Part shown: positions 48,560 to 53,226 of the stretch, piece after piece
How the letters are laid out: each line of letters begins with the position of its first letter
Numbering within the stretch: the stretch's first letter is position 1
Assembly (NCBI RefSeq): GCF_001194135.2
Contig: NC_068988.1
Location: 50,489,055 to 50,542,280 of the forward strand
Length of the DNA stretch: 53,226 nt
Reading direction: 5' to 3'
Source of the DNA: Octopus bimaculoides
Taxonomy: Eukaryota
Notes under the pieces: model-generated
Told to the model about the DNA's origin: nothing
Databases searched by the model: none
The model's input: only the letters and a program-made list of their open reading frames with translations
Position numbers and translations under genes: made by a program

Positions 48560-49760
48560 GCTGTGGTCCCCAATTGTTTCCTTTATGACATTAGACCTTG
48601 TCACTATTTCTTTCCATCCAGCTCATTCTGTTTGCGCTGTTCAATAATTTTTTCACCCAAATGTCATCATTCATACACATCACATATCTATACCGGAACT
48701 GTCTCATCTCTTGCAACTACAGTCAATGCCTCTAATGCTGGGTTACTCTTTATGTACACATGTTCCTTGTCATTCAGCCATGCTAATATTACACATCTGG
48801 CAGGGCACACTCACCTCATTTTTTTTCTAATCTTTGTATATCTTCCACATTCACACCCATCTTTCGTTCTCATGCAATATGACACTTCATATACAGGAAT
48901 CATACAATCTGCCCTTCATTCAAAGAAAGAAGTCCTTTGTTGTCAACAAAGGCAAAAGCTCCCTTAAGCCTGGTAACTGCATCTCTGTAACATCCACCTT
49001 CAGCACTGATTAGATCACCTAGGTAACAGAAACTATCCAGAGAGCCCTCTAGGCAGTTGAAAGAATTAATTTCTTGGGTGTTTGTTCTACAGTTAACTAT
49101 TCATGTGCATCTATTACATATGAAATCCTTCTCTGTCAGACTGCTTGATATTTCACCACACCTTTCCTGTACTCACTATAGGCACTTGGTATATGGTATA
49201 TACTTTCTATCCACTTCCTTCTGTGTATCAAATATAGCCACTTCCCAGTGGGTAGTAGTGTTCTATTTGCATTTCTGTTAACTAAAAGTTTCACCGTTAT
49301 TGAGTTGACTATTTGGCCTCTCAATTCTAGGTCCTGCTTCTATATTGGGATTTTTTCTATAATTCTTCAACTGATTCATTTGAGAATATATAGGCAAACA
49401 TAAGTTCTCACTGACAGCTTCTTCTGAATGGAAAACTATAACAAACAAATTAAAGCTGAGAAGCAAGTTCTGACAGACATCTACCTTCTTTGCTAAGCTC
49501 ATTGCTAACTCTTACTTGTAGCACTTCTGTATATGGCATGCATGCCTCTCTCAAGTTGTTTCTATATCCTGAGACAAAGAAGTATAGTGCCTTTTCAATG
49601 GTGCTGTCCATGTTAAGAAATGTCATAGATAGTCGTTTCTTTTCTTTAAGAACATCTCTTGTAGTTTCCTTTAGTTTCCTTACCAAAAAGGGGGCATTGG
49701 CAGAGGTCCCAGGTCTAAGCACAAATCCAAACAACATTTAATCTAAATGAGTTTTCTCTC
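48560..49760 (-). mobile_element. RTE LINE reverse-transcriptase and C-terminal remnant
   Basis: FGFVLRPGTSANAPFLVRKLKE...LSMTFLNMDS.IEKA is a degenerate RT domain 2-3. It is followed by QVRVSNELS and KGRLYDSC-type C-terminal motifs. Confidence 0.7.
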
Positions 49761-50359
49761 TTACTAGTTTGCTATAACTTTCTCCACCGCTTTCATAATT
49801 GGGTCTAGTAAAAGAGAATAGTTACAACATATTTTGATTCTTACAGATGAATGAATTTATAACAGATTTCAAGACAAATGGGATCCCTTGTTTTTTGCAT
49901 TGTCATATAACTTGCAAGGTTCTTGTATTCTGACAGAAAAAAAAAACTACAGTTTATCACAAAAGTTTCATAAACAATTAAGAATAGCTTAAAAGGGAAG
50001 TAATAATATTTATTTTACTAGAAACATGGTAGAACTCTTGCACTATCATAATTAACAATAGGTATCAGGTTAGTGGGAGTGTATAAGATAGCAGGTAATT
50101 TAAAATACATAACTGGCTCAACATCAAATTGATATTTAGACAGTAAGGTCATCATGTCGCTGATATACTTCAGGTATCTTAATACAAAACTATTTACCCA
50201 CCTCTAAGCACATGTGCAAGACACAGCAAGGAACCCTTCCCACCAACTTCTGGCTACATATTCTCAATGTTACTAACTACTTAATTGTGATGTGGGGAAT
50301 ACAACCTGCTTTTGTCAATCAGGCAGACTGGAGCAAGCTATGTATGTTGCTCAAAGAAT

Positions 50360-50444
<85 letters not shown>

Positions 50445-50769
50445 TATAAATATGATAATCTACAACATTAGCTAATAACACAGATGGTGAAGAAGAATTA
50501 AAAGAAAATTCAAAGAAACACTTCATATCCAACATGTTAGGGTAGTAAAATAGTTAAATAGTAACATGCTACATCAAATCTTGGAAATGAGATCCAATCT
50601 GGTAAATCTGCAATAAATGGGACTTGAGTCTTGCTGGGTTTCAATGAACAAAATAACCACCAGTCAGCAGAGTATGTTATCAAAGAGAGCAGTGATAACT
50701 TGCTGTCAACACAACCAAAGTTTATGACGGAAGAAGATGGAAGTCACTAGCTTTGCTTAATCTTTTACG

Positions 50770-51390
50770 GTGTTGTGGAGAAGCACAGCTGTAGTAAACA
50801 AGTGCCAATCTCTAACTGTGGAGTGAACCTGTGGTAGAGGTAGACCCAGGAAGACATAGGGTGAGGTGGTGAAGCATGATCTTTGAACTTTGGGCCTCAC
50901 AAAAGCAATGACTAGTGACCAAGACCTTTTGCAATATGCTGTGCTTCAGAAGACCCGAAAAGCCAAATGAAATTGTGGTTGTGGTTGATACTGGTGTCAT
51001 GTAACTGGCACCTGTGCTAGTGGCACATAAAAAAACACCTCTTGAGCATTGGGCCTCATGGTGGCACATGAAAAGCACCTTTCGAGTGTTGGGCCTCATG
51101 GAGGCCTTTGGCATTATGCTGTGCTTGAGAAGAAGACCCATTAAGCCAAGTAAAATCATAGTCATGGGAGATAGTGGTGCCATGCAAATGGCACCCATGC
51201 TGGTAGCACATAAAAACACCCATTACATTCTCACACTGGTTGGCATTAGGAAGGGCATCTAGCTGTAGAAACCATGCCAAATCAGACTGGAGTCTGGTGC
51301 TGCCTTCCAGTGTACCAGCCCTAGTCAAACCATCCAACCCATGCCAGCATGAACAATGGACATGAAATGATGATGATGATGATGATGATG
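50770..51390 (+). mobile_element. 5'-truncated RTE LINE: ORF C-terminus + tandem-unit 3'UTR + (GAT)n tail
   Basis: It reads KCQSLTVE*TCGRGRPRKT*GEVVKHDL*TLGLTKAMTSDQDL..AVLQKTRKAK*. This is followed by gtgccNgtggcacNtaaaa units, the tail ggttggcattaggaagggcatc...catgccagcatg and (GAT)n. Confidence 0.75.
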
Positions 51391-51559
51391 AAGGATAATG
51401 GTTCCACCTCTAGCTTTCAAAGTTTCAATTTTGTCATGTGATTTTATATCACCTGTGGAGCATTTCATGAGTGCAAATCAGGTACTCTTTATATCTTTCT
51501 ACTGAGAATAAATCAGTCAAGTGTAACAGCTAAATTATTTATTTTTCTTTCAAATTTTT

Positions 51560-51696
51560 GTTTGCTTCAGTCATTGGACTATTGCCAAGCTGGGCCACCA
51601 CCTAGAAAGGTTTAGTCGAACAAATTGATCCCCAGGTACTTATTCAGTACTGCCAAGTTACAGGGATACAAACTAACACCAGTTGTCGAGCAGTGA

Positions 51697-51736
<40 letters not shown>

Positions 51737-51900
51737 ACACACATACACCACAGGCTTCCACACAATTTCCATCTAATAAATTCATTCACAAGGCATTGGT
51801 TGGCCCAAGGTTGTAGGACACTTGTTCCAAGTACCATGCAGTGGAATTGAACTTGAAGCCACATGGTTGCAAAGTTAACTTCTTAACCACGCAGTCAGCA
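51560..51900 (-). mobile_element. SINE family A copy
   Basis: Reverse-complement match to 1125-1512. Confidence 0.7.
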
Positions 51901-53226
51901 TTAAAAAAAAAAAAAAAATAACATATTTGATGAACAATAGAATAATTGGTTATAGGTCTCCAATGAGTCAATCACTAGTTCACTGCATTTATGTTAGCAA
52001 GTAACAAAAGACTTACTTGAACAATCTGATAGTCTAGTTTATAAACTTTGGATGATGACATGGCAAATGATATCAATAATAATTGTAAAGTTGTATTAAT
52101 TTAGTTCATTATCTATAAAATGAATCAAATATATATATGTATGTGTGAGTGGGTTTATACATCTATGCGAATATATGACTATATTCACACAGACATAAAA
52201 TGAATATATCTAGTCATTTTACAATATATCATGAGTGAACGTTACTCCATTTTTCTTTTTAAAGGAAAATTAAATAGTTTACATAGGAACCATTGACACA
52301 AATGATTAAAGAACTGTAAGTCCTTCAATGAATGACTATTTAACCATAATATGAAAGCAGGACAGGATAGTGTTGCCCTGTCATGAGACATCTTGCAGCG
52401 ATTGAGGTAAGGTTTCAACTTGCCTTCTAATTTTATAATCAGTAGTTTATTACTTAAGTAAGTTCAGAAACTAAACAGTCTAGTCATCCTAATAAATGTT
52501 ACCAACAGAAAACACTGCATGCATTTGGTAAATTTTTTTTTGTTTTTACTGAACATCTTCAAGCACAGACTATGTAAACATTTCCAAAACTCTTTTTAGA
52601 GAAAATATTAAAAAAAAAAAAAAAAAATCCCACACAATAACATCAATAATGTTAAGGGTTTATTTATATTTTTAGTTGGTTTCTTAAACTTGAAGACTAT
52701 AAAAAAACTGATGACACATATTCTACAGTGGGGAGGATTTTAAGAAATCATGCATTTCAAATAGAAGCATTTGATTAGTACTTGAACGATAGGAAGAACA
52801 CAGTAAAATGTTTTAACACTCAAAATGTCACTCAAATCTAGTCAGGAAATATACCTGGGTGGGTCAGTTTGAATAATTTCATTCTAAAATAAAAATAAAT
52901 AGATCAATGTATAAATTACAAACTAGAAATAAAATGTAGCAGATTTGATAAACTGAGCCTAATTGAAAACAAGATAAAAGTTAAAATGGACACAGGTTTT
53001 TATCATAATCAAAATTATTAACCAAACTGTGGACCTGATATTACTGATCCTCTTTGGAAGAGAGGAAATCTAAGACAATTTTTATCTCTTGCTGTCGCTG
53101 CTAATAAGATCAAAGAAACTAACATGGTTAGTCAAAAAACATTGAAATGGAATAAATTAACCCAGTTTACAATTGAAACTGATGTAAGGAAAGTGCAAAC
53201 TGGAAATTAGACAAAAAAAAAAAAAA

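Noticed and set aside
52981-53210. About 75-codon open frame near the window end (…VDLIFTDPLWKRGNLRQFLSLAV…)
   Set aside because: It has no start codon or good acceptor and no recognisable homology, and is compatible with chance.

Overview
This is AT-rich, gapped (9 N-runs) eukaryotic genomic DNA, rich in repeats and microsatellites. The SINE/RTE repertoire suggests an octopus or other coleoid cephalopod; that is an inference, not database-confirmed. The only host gene I can recognise is a non-muscle myosin II regulatory light chain (sqh / MYL9-MYL12 type) on the minus strand. Its last two coding exons are at 33545-33612 and 29424-29528, and I could not find its 5' exons in the remaining 19.6 kb. 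The rest is mostly decayed mobile DNA: a CRE-type non-LTR retrotransposon, a DD37D (maT) element, a DD34D mariner, a second rearranged mariner, a hAT MITE with an 8-bp TSD, many RTE-clade LINE pieces, probable Penelope remnants and three tRNA-derived SINE families. A CpG-retaining promoter-like island sits at ~9.2-9.5 kb beside a gap. I cannot establish a new biological system from sequence alone. The best leads are a 76-codon in-frame open extension plus a GC-rich hairpin right after the light-chain UGA stop, four fold-back palindromes, a degenerate hammerhead-like motif and an orphan promoter. Most repeat boundaries are approximate (about +/-20 nt).
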